Source: an uncultured Thermodesulfobacteriota bacterium (GTDB taxonomy: Bacteria; Desulfobacterota; BSN033; WVXP01). Taken from it: a stretch of DNA of 64,000 nucleotides. The stretch lies in contig CAYGBW010000101.1 of assembly GCA_964348185.1 (NCBI GenBank), positions 994 to 64,993 of the forward strand. Direction: 5' to 3'. This document shows, one piece after another, positions 38,658 through 48,627 of the stretch; position 1 is the first letter of the stretch, and each line of letters starts with the position of its first letter. A program made the translations under genes and the position numbers. Under the pieces are notes generated by a model, which did not search any database, had not been told where the DNA came from, and was given only the letters and a program-made list of their open reading frames with translations.

Positions 38658-39209
38658 AAGGGAAAAATGAGGAACCGGCGGATGGGAAGCCAACCTCCTT
38701 TCTGTGTGGGTTCTCGGCCTGTGAAAGCCCATCATCCGGGGCCATCTGGCCTAATAAGGTGTCAGCTCCTGGGTTTCCCTGTCGAATCCATCCTTCTTGA
38801 CCCCCCCGCCCTTGTCGAAGATGCCCCACGACACACCCCTTAAGGAGAGAGCCGAGAAAAATCACCCCGACACTTTGAGGAAACAAATGGCCTCCTCCCC
38901 TCATTTCGTTTTCTCCCCACCCTATCAGGAAACCCTACCATATTATCTTCCCCAAGACCTGATTTGCAAGCCTTTGGTTTCCAGAGGTTTTCCCCATCGT
39001 AGGGATGGGTTGGGATGATACGCCACGGCATCGGCCAGGGAAGGGGAGGAATTCCATTTCTGAAGGGGTGAAGCTCCCCGCGCTCCCTCACGGACCATCC
39101 GCGCGAAGGCGAGTGATTTGGAGTTGCAGGCAGAGGGGAATCAAATTTGGTATGAAAGATGCAGTCTCTGACCAGGGACACGGAGGATTTTATGGAACTC
39201 TCAAATTTC

Positions 39210-39365
39210 ATGAATCGAGATCGAGTTGAAGGCAGGGCAAACCAAGGAAAGGGTCGTCACACCAGAATGGTCCATAAACGGCTGTCTCAGAGGGAACAAA
39301 GGATAGAGGAATTCCTGAAGAGGGTGGAGGCCAAACTCAGGAGGGCAGATCGGGGATTGGAGTGA
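39210..39365 (+). CDS. possible small basic protein (52 aa) with a weak CsbD-like N-terminus
   Basis: MNRDRVEGRANQGKGR resembles the start of CsbD-family proteins, but the remainder does not. It is an isolated ORF in a gene-poor stretch. Confidence 0.2.
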   Translation: MNRDRVEGRANQGKGRHTRMVHKRLSQREQRIEEFLKRVEAKLRRADRGLE

Positions 39366-39606
39366 TATCGCTTTCGTCCCCAGCCCGAGACCCTTCGGTT
39401 TTCCGTGGCTCTCACGATCTCGAAGAGGAGAGGTACACGGAGTCCTACCCGCCAGATCTCTGTCCGAAATCTGACACTCCCTTTGGCCTGCTTTCTCGGA
39501 TGATGGTCGTACTGCATACGCCACGCTCCCAGGCTCAACCGGTTCTCCCCGGTTCCGGCCTAGTTCTGGATCTTGCAACGGGTGAGGAATAGGGTCGGAT
39601 TTTTTC

Positions 39607-39635
39607 TTGACATGGCGACTTGTCTCTTCTACATA
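39607..39635 (+). promoter_or_regulatory. candidate sigma-70 promoter upstream of the FAD oxidoreductase gene
   Basis: A perfect TTGACA (39607-39612) is followed by a 17-nt spacer and TACATA (39630-39635), about 90 nt upstream of the ATG at 39725. The -10 match is weak. Confidence 0.3.
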
Positions 39636-39724
39636 TAGAGAGACCGTCAGTGTCGTTAAGAGAGACCCTATGGGTGGGTTACCTGGTTATGACGACGACT
39701 CTCCCATGCCTCTGGAGGTGAGTC

Positions 39725-40897
39725 ATGCCTTTTCGTTACGACGTATTGATTGTCGGCGGAGGCGTCATGGGCTCCAGCATTGCCTACAACCTCATGAACG
39801 ACGAATTCGATGGCACGGTGGCCGTCTTTGAGAGGGATCCGACCTATGAGTTCGCTTCCACGACCCTGAGCGCCGGCGGTATCAGACGGCAGTTCAGCAC
39901 CGAAGTGAATGTCCGCATCTCCCAATACGGTGTTCAGTTCTATGAGGCATTTGATGAGAGCATGGCCGTTGATGGAGAGAGGGCCCATGCCGAGTTTCAG
40001 CGACGGGGATATCTCTTTTTGGCCAACCAAAAAAACTGGCCTCTCATAGAGCGCCACCATGAATTTCAGATCGACCTGGGGGTGGAGGTGAAGCTTCTTT
40101 CGTCTGAAGAAACCTTGGAGATCGTTCCCCACTTAAACACTAAAGATCTCGTTGGCTCGTCTCTCAGCCCGGGTGACGGTTACCTCGATCCCCATGGAGT
40201 CCTTCAGGGATACGCAAGGAAGGCGAAGAGCCTCGGGGTAACCTACATAGACCAAGAGGTTACCGAAGTACTGAAAGACGGCAGTCGGGTGACTGGGGTG
40301 AGGACACAGAGGGGAGACACCTACCTCGGGAGCATCGTAGTGAATACTGCGGGTCCTTGGGCAGCTGAGGTTGGCCGGATGGCCGGGGTGGAACTTCCCG
40401 TTGATCCGGTTCGGAGAATGATCTTCGTGTTTCAGCCCGGGGAGATCTTTGAATATGACCTCCCTCTGGTCATCGACGTCACAGGCCTCTATTTTCGCCA
40501 CGAGACCGGTCGGATCGTCATGACGGGAAAATCGATTCTCGAAGAACCCCCCGGTTTTAATTTCAAGGTGGACAGATCCTTTTTCACTGAGGAGATGTGG
40601 CCCATACTGGCAGAGCGGGTCCCTGTTTTTGACAGACTCAAACTGATCCGGGGATGGGCAGGACTCTATGCCATAAACCGTCTGGATAGCAATGCCCTCA
40701 TGGGAGAACATCCCGATGTCAGGGGGTTTTACATGGCCATCGGTTTCAGCGGTCACGGGTTTCAACAGGCTCCTGCCGTTGGGAAAGGGTTGTCCGAACT
40801 CATTCGTCTGGGTCGCTATGAAACCGTTGATCTGAGCCCTCTCAATTACGGGCGTATATTGACCGGGAACCTGGTGATCGAAGAGGAAGTGGTCTGA
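39725..40897 (+). CDS. FAD-dependent oxidoreductase (DAO / sarcosine-oxidase-beta-like)
   Basis: It has an N-terminal Rossmann motif (DVLIVGGGVMGSSIAY) and a C-terminal GFSGHGFQ motif typical of the DAO family. Confidence 0.85.
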   Translation: MPFRYDVLIVGGGVMGSSIAYNLMNDEFDGTVAVFERDPTYEFASTTLSAGGIRRQFSTEVNVRISQYGVQFYEAFDESMAVDGERAHAEFQRRGYLFLANQKNWPLIERHHEFQIDLGVEVKLLSSEETLEIVPHLNTKDLVGSSLSPGDGYLDPHGVLQGYARKAKSLGVTYIDQEVTEVLKDGSRVTGVRTQRGDTYLGSIVVNTAGPWAAEVGRMAGVELPVDPVRRMIFVFQPGEIFEYDLPLVIDVTGLYFRHETGRIVMTGKSILEEPPGFNFKVDRSFFTEEMWPILAERVPVFDRLKLIRGWAGLYAINRLDSNALMGEHPDVRGFYMAIGFSGHGFQQAPAVGKGLSELIRLGRYETVDLSPLNYGRILTGNLVIEEEVV

Positions 40898-40899
40898 GG

Positions 40900-40932
40900 C
40901 GTTACCCTCATGTTCGTTCCAGGGCCATTTTT
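40900..40932 (+). repeat. solo copy of the 33-nt motif ATGTyCGyTCCAGGGmCATTTTTCAGTGACGAC
   Basis: It matches 17117-17149, the right arm of the 16.9-17.1 kb element, at 30 of 33 positions. It lies between convergent genes. Confidence 0.5.
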
Positions 40933-41036
40933 CAGTGACGACTCGTTAGGGGAATCGGTACGCCTTAGCACCCCCTGGGGGGGATTCTTCATCGTGATTT
41001 CCTCGCAGACCATTCGGGGCGCCCTGCTGGGCGCGA

Positions 41037-42260
41037 CTAGCTTCGCATATAGGTGAGGCGATTTGCGTGCATGGCGGCGTGAGTGAAGATTCTCACCCCA
41101 AGGCTTAAAACCTTCTCATCGATGTCGAAATCCGGACTGTGCAGGCCGATAACCGATTCGTTTTTCTGGTCCCAGCAGATCCCCTTTGACCGGTTTGCGC
41201 AACCCAGGCGAATCATGGCGCTTGGGACGACAGAGGCGTAATACGAGAAATCCTCTGCCCCCATGGAAGGCTCTAGAACTCTCACCCGGTCCGGGCCCAG
41301 AAGGTCGGAAGCGACTCTGGTCATGAACCTCACCACCTCCCCATCATTTACACAGGGGGGATACCCTTCCTCCCGTTCGGTTACACATCGGACATCAAAG
41401 CCCAATTCACAGGCCCTGGAAATCGCGTTGACACGATTCCAGAGGAGCTTCCTCGTCTCCTCCCTGAAAGATCGAATGGTTCCGTCCATCTCGACCTCCG
41501 CCGGAATCACATTCGGGGCGCTTCCTCCAGCGATTCGTCCGATCGTGACGACGGCTGAGTCTAGGGGATCGATCCACCGGCTTACAATGGTCTGCAATTG
41601 AGCCACGAGATGGCTCGCTGCCACGACGGGATCACGGGACTGATCAGGGTGGGCACCGTGTCCGCCCTTGCCAATGACTTTGATGTGAAAAGTGTCAGCC
41701 GATGCATGGCTGAGAGATTCCGACAGCCCGCTCCATCCGATCTCTAGATCGGGAAACATATGCCCTGCCAAAATTGTCCTGGGCCTGGGATTTTCGAGGG
41801 CGCCCTCCTCAATCATTCGTCTGGCCCCCGCGCCGCTCTCTTCAGCCGGTTGGAAGAGAAACTTGACGCAGATTCTAGAGGCGTCCAAAACCCCGGGGTT
41901 CTCCGCGAGGAATTTGGCCACACCCAGCATGATTGTGGTGTGGGCGTCATGGCCACAGGCATGCATTGCCCCCTTGTGCAGCGATCGGTACGAGGCATTC
42001 AAGGGAGTTTCAGACTCCTGAACCGGGAGGGCATCCATGTCCGCCCGAAAGGCCAGGCAGGGTCTGCTGGGGTCCCCGAGGGTTGCGACTACTCCCGTAT
42101 TGGCAACGCCCTGGAGAATGCGGCAGCCCAGTTCTGAGAGAATACCCGCAACCTTCTCTGATGTCCGTTTCTCGGCATAGCGAAGCTCTGGATGCCTGTG
42201 AAGGTCTCGTCGGATAGCCTGAAGCCAGCCCTGATCGGGTAGGGGGACTTCCTTCTCCAT
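41037..42260 (-). CDS. M20-family amidohydrolase (N-acyl-amino-acid / hippurate hydrolase-like)
   Basis: The MHACGHDAHT metal-binding motif, the QPAEE motif and a dimerisation-domain-sized insertion are typical of the M20D family. Confidence 0.85.
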   Translation of the reverse strand: MEKEVPLPDQGWLQAIRRDLHRHPELRYAEKRTSEKVAGILSELGCRILQGVANTGVVATLGDPSRPCLAFRADMDALPVQESETPLNASYRSLHKGAMHACGHDAHTTIMLGVAKFLAENPGVLDASRICVKFLFQPAEESGAGARRMIEEGALENPRPRTILAGHMFPDLEIGWSGLSESLSHASADTFHIKVIGKGGHGAHPDQSRDPVVAASHLVAQLQTIVSRWIDPLDSAVVTIGRIAGGSAPNVIPAEVEMDGTIRSFREETRKLLWNRVNAISRACELGFDVRCVTEREEGYPPCVNDGEVVRFMTRVASDLLGPDRVRVLEPSMGAEDFSYYASVVPSAMIRLGCANRSKGICWDQKNESVIGLHSPDFDIDEKVLSLGVRIFTHAAMHANRLTYMRS

Positions 42261-42416
42261 CGGACTCTCCTTTAGTCATGGCTAGAGGCCAACAGTATGC
42301 AACAAGCCAGTCCTGTTGTAAAGGCATTTGTCACCCACGGGGGGAGGAAGAGGCTTCACAAAAGACTCTGAATAGGATAAGCTGGCAAGTTTGGAAAGGA
42401 AAAGGGAGCTTGGATC

Positions 42417-43592
42417 TTGACTCCGAAGGGTAACGAGAAAACCCGGGGTGGATGGGTTGTTTTCGAAGAGGTGGAGACCGCGTTCTTTCTCAGCCGTCCA
42501 AATCGTTTTTTGGTGCGGTGTGAGCAAGGAGGGCGGATTGTTAGCGCTTTTCTTCCAAATCCTGGAAGGCTTCAGGAGCTTCTTCTACCCGGTCGGCGTC
42601 TTTATCTTGTCAGGGAAAAGGGGATTCAGGCTAGAAAAACCGCGTACACCGTGGTGGCTGTGGAGAGGGAAGGTCTGCCCATCATGCTCCATACCCATCG
42701 GACCAATGACGTGGCCCACCACCTCTTGCAGCACGGAAAGGTCCCGGGGCTTGAGGGAGCTGCAGTGAGAGCCTCTGAAATCAGGGTTGGGCGGAGCCGT
42801 TTTGACTTCCTCCTGGAAAAAGGGGGGGAAAGGCTATTTCTCGAGGTTAAATCCTGCACCCTATTTGGAAATCGCGTGGCCATGTTTCCCGATGCCGTCA
42901 CAAAAAGGGGGGCACGGCATCTCAGGGAACTGGCCTCACTGGTTAGAGACGGGGCTCGGGGCGCTGTTCTTTTTGTGGTTCACTGGCCACGGGCGAACGT
43001 TTTCATGCCCGACTATCATACAGATCTGGCCTTTTCAAAGACTCTCCTGGAGGTTCGCCATCGGATCCAGATTATCCCTGTCTCCGTTCGGTGGCACGCC
43101 GATCTGCGTCTCGATGGGCAGGTGAGGCTTCTCCGAATCCCGTGGAGCTATATTGAAAGGGAGTCGAAAGACAGGGGCAGCTATCTTCTGATTCTTTACC
43201 TTCGGAGAGGAAAGCGCCTCTCGGTCGGCAAACTGGGAAGAATCTCCTTTCCTCAGGGGTTTTACATCTATGTGGGGTCAGCCATGAACGGACTGGAGAA
43301 ACGGATCGGAAGGCATCGCCACCTCAGAAAACGCCTCCACTGGCATATTGATGCTCTCCGAGCCGTGACAGAATTTCGATCTGCCCTACCGATCCGGTCT
43401 TCTGAACGCCTCGAGTGTGCGATTGCGGGGGCTCTGGAGGGGATGGGTCAATGGGAGATCCCGTGCTTTGGTTCGACGGACTGTACCTGCAGGACACACC
43501 TTTTTGGAATGGCCGGTGACCCGTTCCATCTTCCGGAGTTTCATCGTGTCCTTCAATACTTTCGAATGGATCGCTACGGGACTCAAGAGTAG
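42417..43592 (+). CDS. sfsA: SfsA-like nuclease-fold protein fused to a DUF123 (GIY-YIG-like) domain
   Basis: The N-terminal ~230 aa align with SfsA (RPNRFLV..., LEVKSCTL, FPDAVTKRGARHLRELA). The C-terminal ~150 aa (GSYLLILYL..FYIYVGSA..L..RI.RH......HWHIDAL) match the DUF123 / Uri-type pattern. The start is uncertain (TTG 42417 or GTG 42471). Confidence 0.75.
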   Translation: MTPKGNEKTRGGWVVFEEVETAFFLSRPNRFLVRCEQGGRIVSAFLPNPGRLQELLLPGRRLYLVREKGIQARKTAYTVVAVEREGLPIMLHTHRTNDVAHHLLQHGKVPGLEGAAVRASEIRVGRSRFDFLLEKGGERLFLEVKSCTLFGNRVAMFPDAVTKRGARHLRELASLVRDGARGAVLFVVHWPRANVFMPDYHTDLAFSKTLLEVRHRIQIIPVSVRWHADLRLDGQVRLLRIPWSYIERESKDRGSYLLILYLRRGKRLSVGKLGRISFPQGFYIYVGSAMNGLEKRIGRHRHLRKRLHWHIDALRAVTEFRSALPIRSSERLECAIAGALEGMGQWEIPCFGSTDCTCRTHLFGMAGDPFHLPEFHRVLQYFRMDRYGTQE

Positions 43593-43624
43593 ACTCTCAG
43601 AGTCCCCGCCGACCCAGAAAGAGC

Positions 43625-46600
43625 GTGAGAGTGAGCGAATTCTACGAATTCTATATCTCGAGAACATGTCGTGACCGTTACCGGCTTGACGAGTTGACGT
43701 CCCCTCTCACGGGCACCGTCGTCTTTTCAGATTTTCATGCGGCTCGGATTATTGCCGGACGAATGAATGAGATGAGGGACACACGGGCCCATCCTCGTGA
43801 AACCGTGAGGGCAGGACATCTTAATGCCATGGGGTTGATCGATGAAATCTTCCATTCGGTTCTGGACCTGTACAAAAGGGAAAGGAACCCCCAGGTCTTC
43901 CCCCTGGCCCTGGAATGGCTGAAGCAGAATCTGGGCATTGAATCCGCCGAAAGGGCAGCGTCCGGGTTCCTTGAGGTCTTCCCTCCCACAGAAGTCTATC
44001 ACGGCAGAATGTCGGTGGAAGACCACTTAAAGGGCGAAACAGCTGGAACGCCGAATAGGCACCTTGCCTTGGAAAAAATCGTCCTTCTCTTCCTATCCAA
44101 TGGAAATCCGGCCCTCTCCTCGTTGGGGGAGCTCTTCGATGATGGGGTGCTCAGAAAGGAGACCGACTATCTCGGGATCATCGACTCGCTCGATGATTTT
44201 TTTCGGACCCAGCCGCCCTTTGGGCCCCAGAGTCAGTCCGTGATGGATCTGCTGAAGGCTCCTATGAAGGCGGCGCCCGAGTCTCTGATTGGCCAGCTGG
44301 TCTACATAAAAGACCACTGGAGCTACCTTCTTTCCGGGGACATGATGATCCGAGTCCTGTTCGCAATGGACTTGATTCGGGAGGAGGAAAAGCTCCGTTT
44401 CCCGGGACCTGGTCCGGCCTCAGTGCCCCATTTCGGTCTGTTGGAAGAGCCCGAAAAATTCAGCAGAGATCTAGACTGGATGCCACAAGTGGTCCTCATT
44501 GCCAAGAACGTTTACGTTTGGCTCGATCAGTTATCCACGAAGTATGGCCGACCCATCACTCGATTGGATCAGATACCAGACGAGGAACTCGATACCCTGA
44601 CTCATTGGGGTTTTACGGGTCTCTGGCTTATCGGTGTCTGGGAGCGGAGTCCGGGTTCACAGAAAATCAAACAGCTCACGGGAAACCCTGAAGCCCTCGC
44701 CTCACCTTATGCCATTTATGACTACGTGATATCGGTCGATCTGGGGGGAGAAGAGGCGTATCAGGACCTCAGGGAGAGGGCCTGGCAGAGAGGAATCCGG
44801 CTGGCAAACGATATGGTTCCCAACCATACCGGCATCGACTCCAGATGGTTGATGGAGCACCCTGAGTGGTTTCTCCAGCTTGACTACTGTCCCTTCCCCA
44901 GTTACCGCTTTACTGGACCCGATCTCTCTCCGAGTGATAAGGTTGGGATCTATGTTGAAGACGGATACTGGGATCGAACCGATGCGGCCGTTGTCTTCAA
45001 GCGCGTTGATAAGGTGACGGGAGAGGTCAGGTATATCTATCATGGCAATGATGGAACGAGCATGCCGTGGAACGATACGGCCCAACTGAATTTTCTGATG
45101 GCAGAGGTGCGCGAATCCGTGATCCAGAAGATTCTCCAGGTGGCCCGGATGTTTCCCATTATCCGATTTGATGCAGCCATGACCCTGACGAAGCGACACT
45201 TCCAGCGTTTGTGGCATCCACAGCCGGGCACAGGAGGTGATATCCCATCGAGGGCAATGGAGGGGGTGAGCCAAGAGGAATTTGAGAGGCTCTTCCCTGT
45301 TGAGTTCTGGCGGGAAGTGGTGGATCGAGTGGCCCAAGAGGTTCCTGATACGCTCCTCTTAGCCGAAGCCTTCTGGCTCATGGAGGGGTATTTTGTGCGA
45401 ACCCTCGGTATGCACAGGGTGTACAACAGCGCCTTTATGAACATGCTAAAGATGGAGGAGAACGCCAAATATCGCAGTGTGATGAAGAATGTGCTTGAGT
45501 TTGATCCTGGAGTTCTGAGGCGTTTCGTGAATTTTATGAACAATCCAGACGAGGCAACCGCCATCGCCCAATTTGGAAAGGGGGACAAGTACTTTGGCGT
45601 GGCCCTGATGATGGTGACCATGCCGGGTCTTCCTCTGTTTGGCCACGGCCAAATAGAGGGGTTCACGGAAAAGTATGGGATGGAGTACAGGAGGGCATAC
45701 TCGAACGAGGAGGTTGATGGAGACCTGGTGCAGAGGCATGAGAAAGAGATCTTCACTCTCATGAGCAAACGACACCTTTTCAGCGGTGTCGAAAACTTCG
45801 TTCTCTACGACTTCTGTGAGGTTGGCGGTGGTGTCAATGAAAATGTGTTCGCGTACTCCAATCGTTCTGGAGATGAACGGGCTCTCATCCTTTACAACAA
45901 CAAATATGAAACAACAAGGGGATGGATAAGGATGTCGACCGCCATGGCGGTCGACAGGGACGGGTCGGGTGTGAAGAAACCCGTTCAGAAAACCCTGGTC
46001 GAGGGGTTGGCCCTTGCCACGGCGGGTTCAGACTTTTGTATCTTTCGGGATCAAAAATCAGGCCTTGAATACATCCGTCAGAACAGAAGCATTGCAGAAT
46101 ACGGTCTCTACATAGAGCTCGGTGCGTATCAGTACCATGTCTTTATTGATTTCAGGGAGGTTCAGGACGACAGAGAGGGACACTACGCTCAGCTTGAACG
46201 TCTTCTCCGTGGCAAGGGGGTGCCGAGCGTGGACGAAGTCCTGAAAGGTATGCTCCTCGCTCCAATCCACGGCCCCTTCAGAGAGGTCTTCAATCCCGTG
46301 ATGCTTCAAAGGCTCGTCGACGTGCGTCGCGATGGGCTCGATGCACCTCAGAGTCAGGAGACAGTGCACCTGTTTAGAGAGAATATGGAGACGTTCCTTG
46401 AACAGATCAAGAAAACCACGGGAGGGGCTGGCGACCCTTCCAAGATCCTTGGCGATGTGTCAGCCCTTTTGGAAGCGATCGTTCGATTGCACCGATTTCA
46501 TCGGTCCCCAGAGGAGGATGGGGTTCAGGATGTCCAATCGATGGTGTCGTCCTTGAGGTGCTTTGTGTCGACCGAGACGGGGCTAAACAGTGCCTTTTGG

Positions 46601-47119
46601 AGGGTCAGTTTGGCCTGGCTGGTCATTTGTGATACGGGAAGGATCATCTCCGATCATGATTACGGACAGCAGAGTGCAGCCTGGATCGATGAATGGCTTC
46701 TGGGAAAGATCATTTCCCAGACTTTTCAATCTCTCGGGTGCAATGAGGCAATGGCCTGGCAAGAAACAGATCTGGTCAAGATCCTGATCCGCCATCGCCA
46801 CTGGTTTGTGCCCGAGGGGAGAGAACAAGGGGGGAGACGCAATCTGAAGATCCTGTTTCTTGATGAGGACGTGCAGAGATTCCTCTTGTTTAACTGGTAC
46901 GATAAGGTGTTATGGTATAGCAAGGAGCGATTTGAAGAGTTGATGGACTGGTTTCTCGTGGTCTCCATCCTTGATCTTATGGCAGACGTCGCCTTCACAG
47001 ACACGGAGGTAGGGGAGAAGATGATGAAGAGATGGAGGACCGTTCAGAGGGTCTTGCAAGGAGCGGTGAGATCACAGTACCAGGTGGAGAGGATGCTGGA
47101 GATCCTGAATAAACGATGA
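43625..47119 (+). CDS. large alpha-amylase-family (GH13-like) protein
   Basis: 1164 aa. The GH13 conserved regions are recognisable (DMVPNHTG, IIRFDAAMTL, LLAEAFW, FMNNPDE), flanked by long N- and C-terminal extensions of unknown function. Confidence 0.8.
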   Translation: MRVSEFYEFYISRTCRDRYRLDELTSPLTGTVVFSDFHAARIIAGRMNEMRDTRAHPRETVRAGHLNAMGLIDEIFHSVLDLYKRERNPQVFPLALEWLKQNLGIESAERAASGFLEVFPPTEVYHGRMSVEDHLKGETAGTPNRHLALEKIVLLFLSNGNPALSSLGELFDDGVLRKETDYLGIIDSLDDFFRTQPPFGPQSQSVMDLLKAPMKAAPESLIGQLVYIKDHWSYLLSGDMMIRVLFAMDLIREEEKLRFPGPGPASVPHFGLLEEPEKFSRDLDWMPQVVLIAKNVYVWLDQLSTKYGRPITRLDQIPDEELDTLTHWGFTGLWLIGVWERSPGSQKIKQLTGNPEALASPYAIYDYVISVDLGGEEAYQDLRERAWQRGIRLANDMVPNHTGIDSRWLMEHPEWFLQLDYCPFPSYRFTGPDLSPSDKVGIYVEDGYWDRTDAAVVFKRVDKVTGEVRYIYHGNDGTSMPWNDTAQLNFLMAEVRESVIQKILQVARMFPIIRFDAAMTLTKRHFQRLWHPQPGTGGDIPSRAMEGVSQEEFERLFPVEFWREVVDRVAQEVPDTLLLAEAFWLMEGYFVRTLGMHRVYNSAFMNMLKMEENAKYRSVMKNVLEFDPGVLRRFVNFMNNPDEATAIAQFGKGDKYFGVALMMVTMPGLPLFGHGQIEGFTEKYGMEYRRAYSNEEVDGDLVQRHEKEIFTLMSKRHLFSGVENFVLYDFCEVGGGVNENVFAYSNRSGDERALILYNNKYETTRGWIRMSTAMAVDRDGSGVKKPVQKTLVEGLALATAGSDFCIFRDQKSGLEYIRQNRSIAEYGLYIELGAYQYHVFIDFREVQDDREGHYAQLERLLRGKGVPSVDEVLKGMLLAPIHGPFREVFNPVMLQRLVDVRRDGLDAPQSQETVHLFRENMETFLEQIKKTTGGAGDPSKILGDVSALLEAIVRLHRFHRSPEEDGVQDVQSMVSSLRCFVSTETGLNSAFWRVSLAWLVICDTGRIISDHDYGQQSAAWIDEWLLGKIISQTFQSLGCNEAMAWQETDLVKILIRHRHWFVPEGREQGGRRNLKILFLDEDVQRFLLFNWYDKVLWYSKERFEELMDWFLVVSILDLMADVAFTDTEVGEKMMKRWRTVQRVLQGAVRSQYQVERMLEILNKR

Positions 47120-47247
47120 TACCCAAATGAGAGATCTCTCAGATCGACTATCCCTGCTGGAGCCGATCGAGAATCGGTGAAAGGAAGGCCGAGGAGTTCC
47201 GGCCCTTGGAAATCGGGGCCCTAGATCCTGGGGGAGGGCCAGGCGAC

Positions 47248-48267
47248 ATGAATCAGGCAAGACTGGAAAAACTGAGGCAGATTGTAGAGCGTAAAAAGAA
47301 GGTTCTGATCCTGACCCACAACAACCCTGATCCAGACGCCATCGCGGCGGGCTGGGCTCTGAGCTATTTATTGAAGGAGAAATTTCAAGTTGGGTCGGTG
47401 GTTGTCTATGGCGGTCTCATTACGAGAACCGAAAACAGGGCCATGGTTCGCCTTCTCAATATTGCGATAAAGCCGCTGGAGATGATCAACATTCACAATT
47501 TCACCGTGGTAGCCTTGATTGACACGCAACCGAGAGGAGGAAACAACAACCTCCCCCCCTCCATAAGGCCGGCCATCGTCATCGACCACCACAGCCTGAG
47601 AAAGGCCTCCCTAGAGGCTGAGTTTGTTGATGTCAGGCCCCACTATGGGAGCAGTTCAACGATCCTAACCGAGTACCTGATACAGGCGGATCTCGCCATC
47701 AAAAAAAAGATGGCCACGGCCCTTTTCTATGGGATTAAGTCTGACACTCAGGATCTGGGGAGAGACTCCACCAAGGCGGACTATGAGGCCACGATCCACC
47801 TCTATTCCAAGGTTCAACTTAGGGTCCTCTCCCAAATCGAGCATCACGAACTTTCCCGGGATTACTTTACCCTTTTCGATCAGGCACTCCATGAGGCTGT
47901 CATCTTTGGCGATGTGATATTCTGCGATCTGGGATTCCTGGTTGCGCCTGACATGGTGTCTCTCATGGCCGATTTTCTCTTGCGGGTTTCTGGGGTCCGG
48001 TGGAGTTTTGTCACAGCAGCATTCGACGGTCGGGTAATTTTTTCCATTCGAACCAAGCGACACCATCAGAATGCCGGCCTGACAGCTCGGCGCCTAGTCA
48101 AGGGGTTGGGGACTGCAGGGGGTCACGGGATGATTGCCGGGGGACAGATTACGGCCCGGGGCCTGACCACGGAAAAACAGGAAAGAATCTGCGAAAACCT
48201 CAGAAGCCGATTCTTGAGAATCCTGGGCAGGGAAAGAGTCAAAGGGGAGAAACTGATCTCAGAATGA
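47248..48267 (+). CDS. DHH-family phosphoesterase (NrnA-like)
   Basis: DHH motifs are present (THNNPDPDAIAA, DTQP, VIDHH) along with the DHHA1 GGGH-like motif (GTAGGHGMIAGG). Confidence 0.85.
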   Translation: MNQARLEKLRQIVERKKKVLILTHNNPDPDAIAAGWALSYLLKEKFQVGSVVVYGGLITRTENRAMVRLLNIAIKPLEMINIHNFTVVALIDTQPRGGNNNLPPSIRPAIVIDHHSLRKASLEAEFVDVRPHYGSSSTILTEYLIQADLAIKKKMATALFYGIKSDTQDLGRDSTKADYEATIHLYSKVQLRVLSQIEHHELSRDYFTLFDQALHEAVIFGDVIFCDLGFLVAPDMVSLMADFLLRVSGVRWSFVTAAFDGRVIFSIRTKRHHQNAGLTARRLVKGLGTAGGHGMIAGGQITARGLTTEKQERICENLRSRFLRILGRERVKGEKLISE

Positions 48268-48280
48268 GCTCATCCTCCAT

Positions 48281-48571
48281 CTACTCCTCAGCTTCCCTTT
48301 TCAATTCGTCCCAGAAGGCCTTGACACCTGCCTTCAGACCCCGAAGGGTTTGTTTCCCTTTCTTCTGAATCAGAGCGCGGGCATCTTCCACGGCCTTTTC
48401 TGCCATACGGGCCAACACCTCATCAGAAACCCTCCGCCCCTGCTTCTCAAGGTTCTTTCTGAGGATCTCTTTGGCGAGGGCTCTCTCAGTCTCTGAGACT
48501 CTGTCCAGGATCTGTCTCCATTTGCTTTCAGTCATCGACTTGGATAGGGCCTGGATTCTGGAAGCATTCAC
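48281..48571 (-). CDS. hypothetical helical protein (96 aa)
   Basis: A clean ORF with charged, helical composition. No family recognised. Confidence 0.45.
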   Translation of the reverse strand: MNASRIQALSKSMTESKWRQILDRVSETERALAKEILRKNLEKQGRRVSDEVLARMAEKAVEDARALIQKKGKQTLRGLKAGVKAFWDELKREAEE

Positions 48572-48627
48572 CCGCTTGTCTCATGGACCATCCCACGGGC
48601 ATGTCCATCGGCAAGGGAGAAGGGAGG

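Noticed and set aside
41019-41034. A GC-rich hairpin, GCGCCC-tgct-GGGCGC, between the convergent FAD oxidoreductase and M20 genes, which could be a bidirectional terminator.
   Set aside because: The stem is only 6 bp and has no flanking T or A run on either side, so the evidence is too weak to call a terminator.
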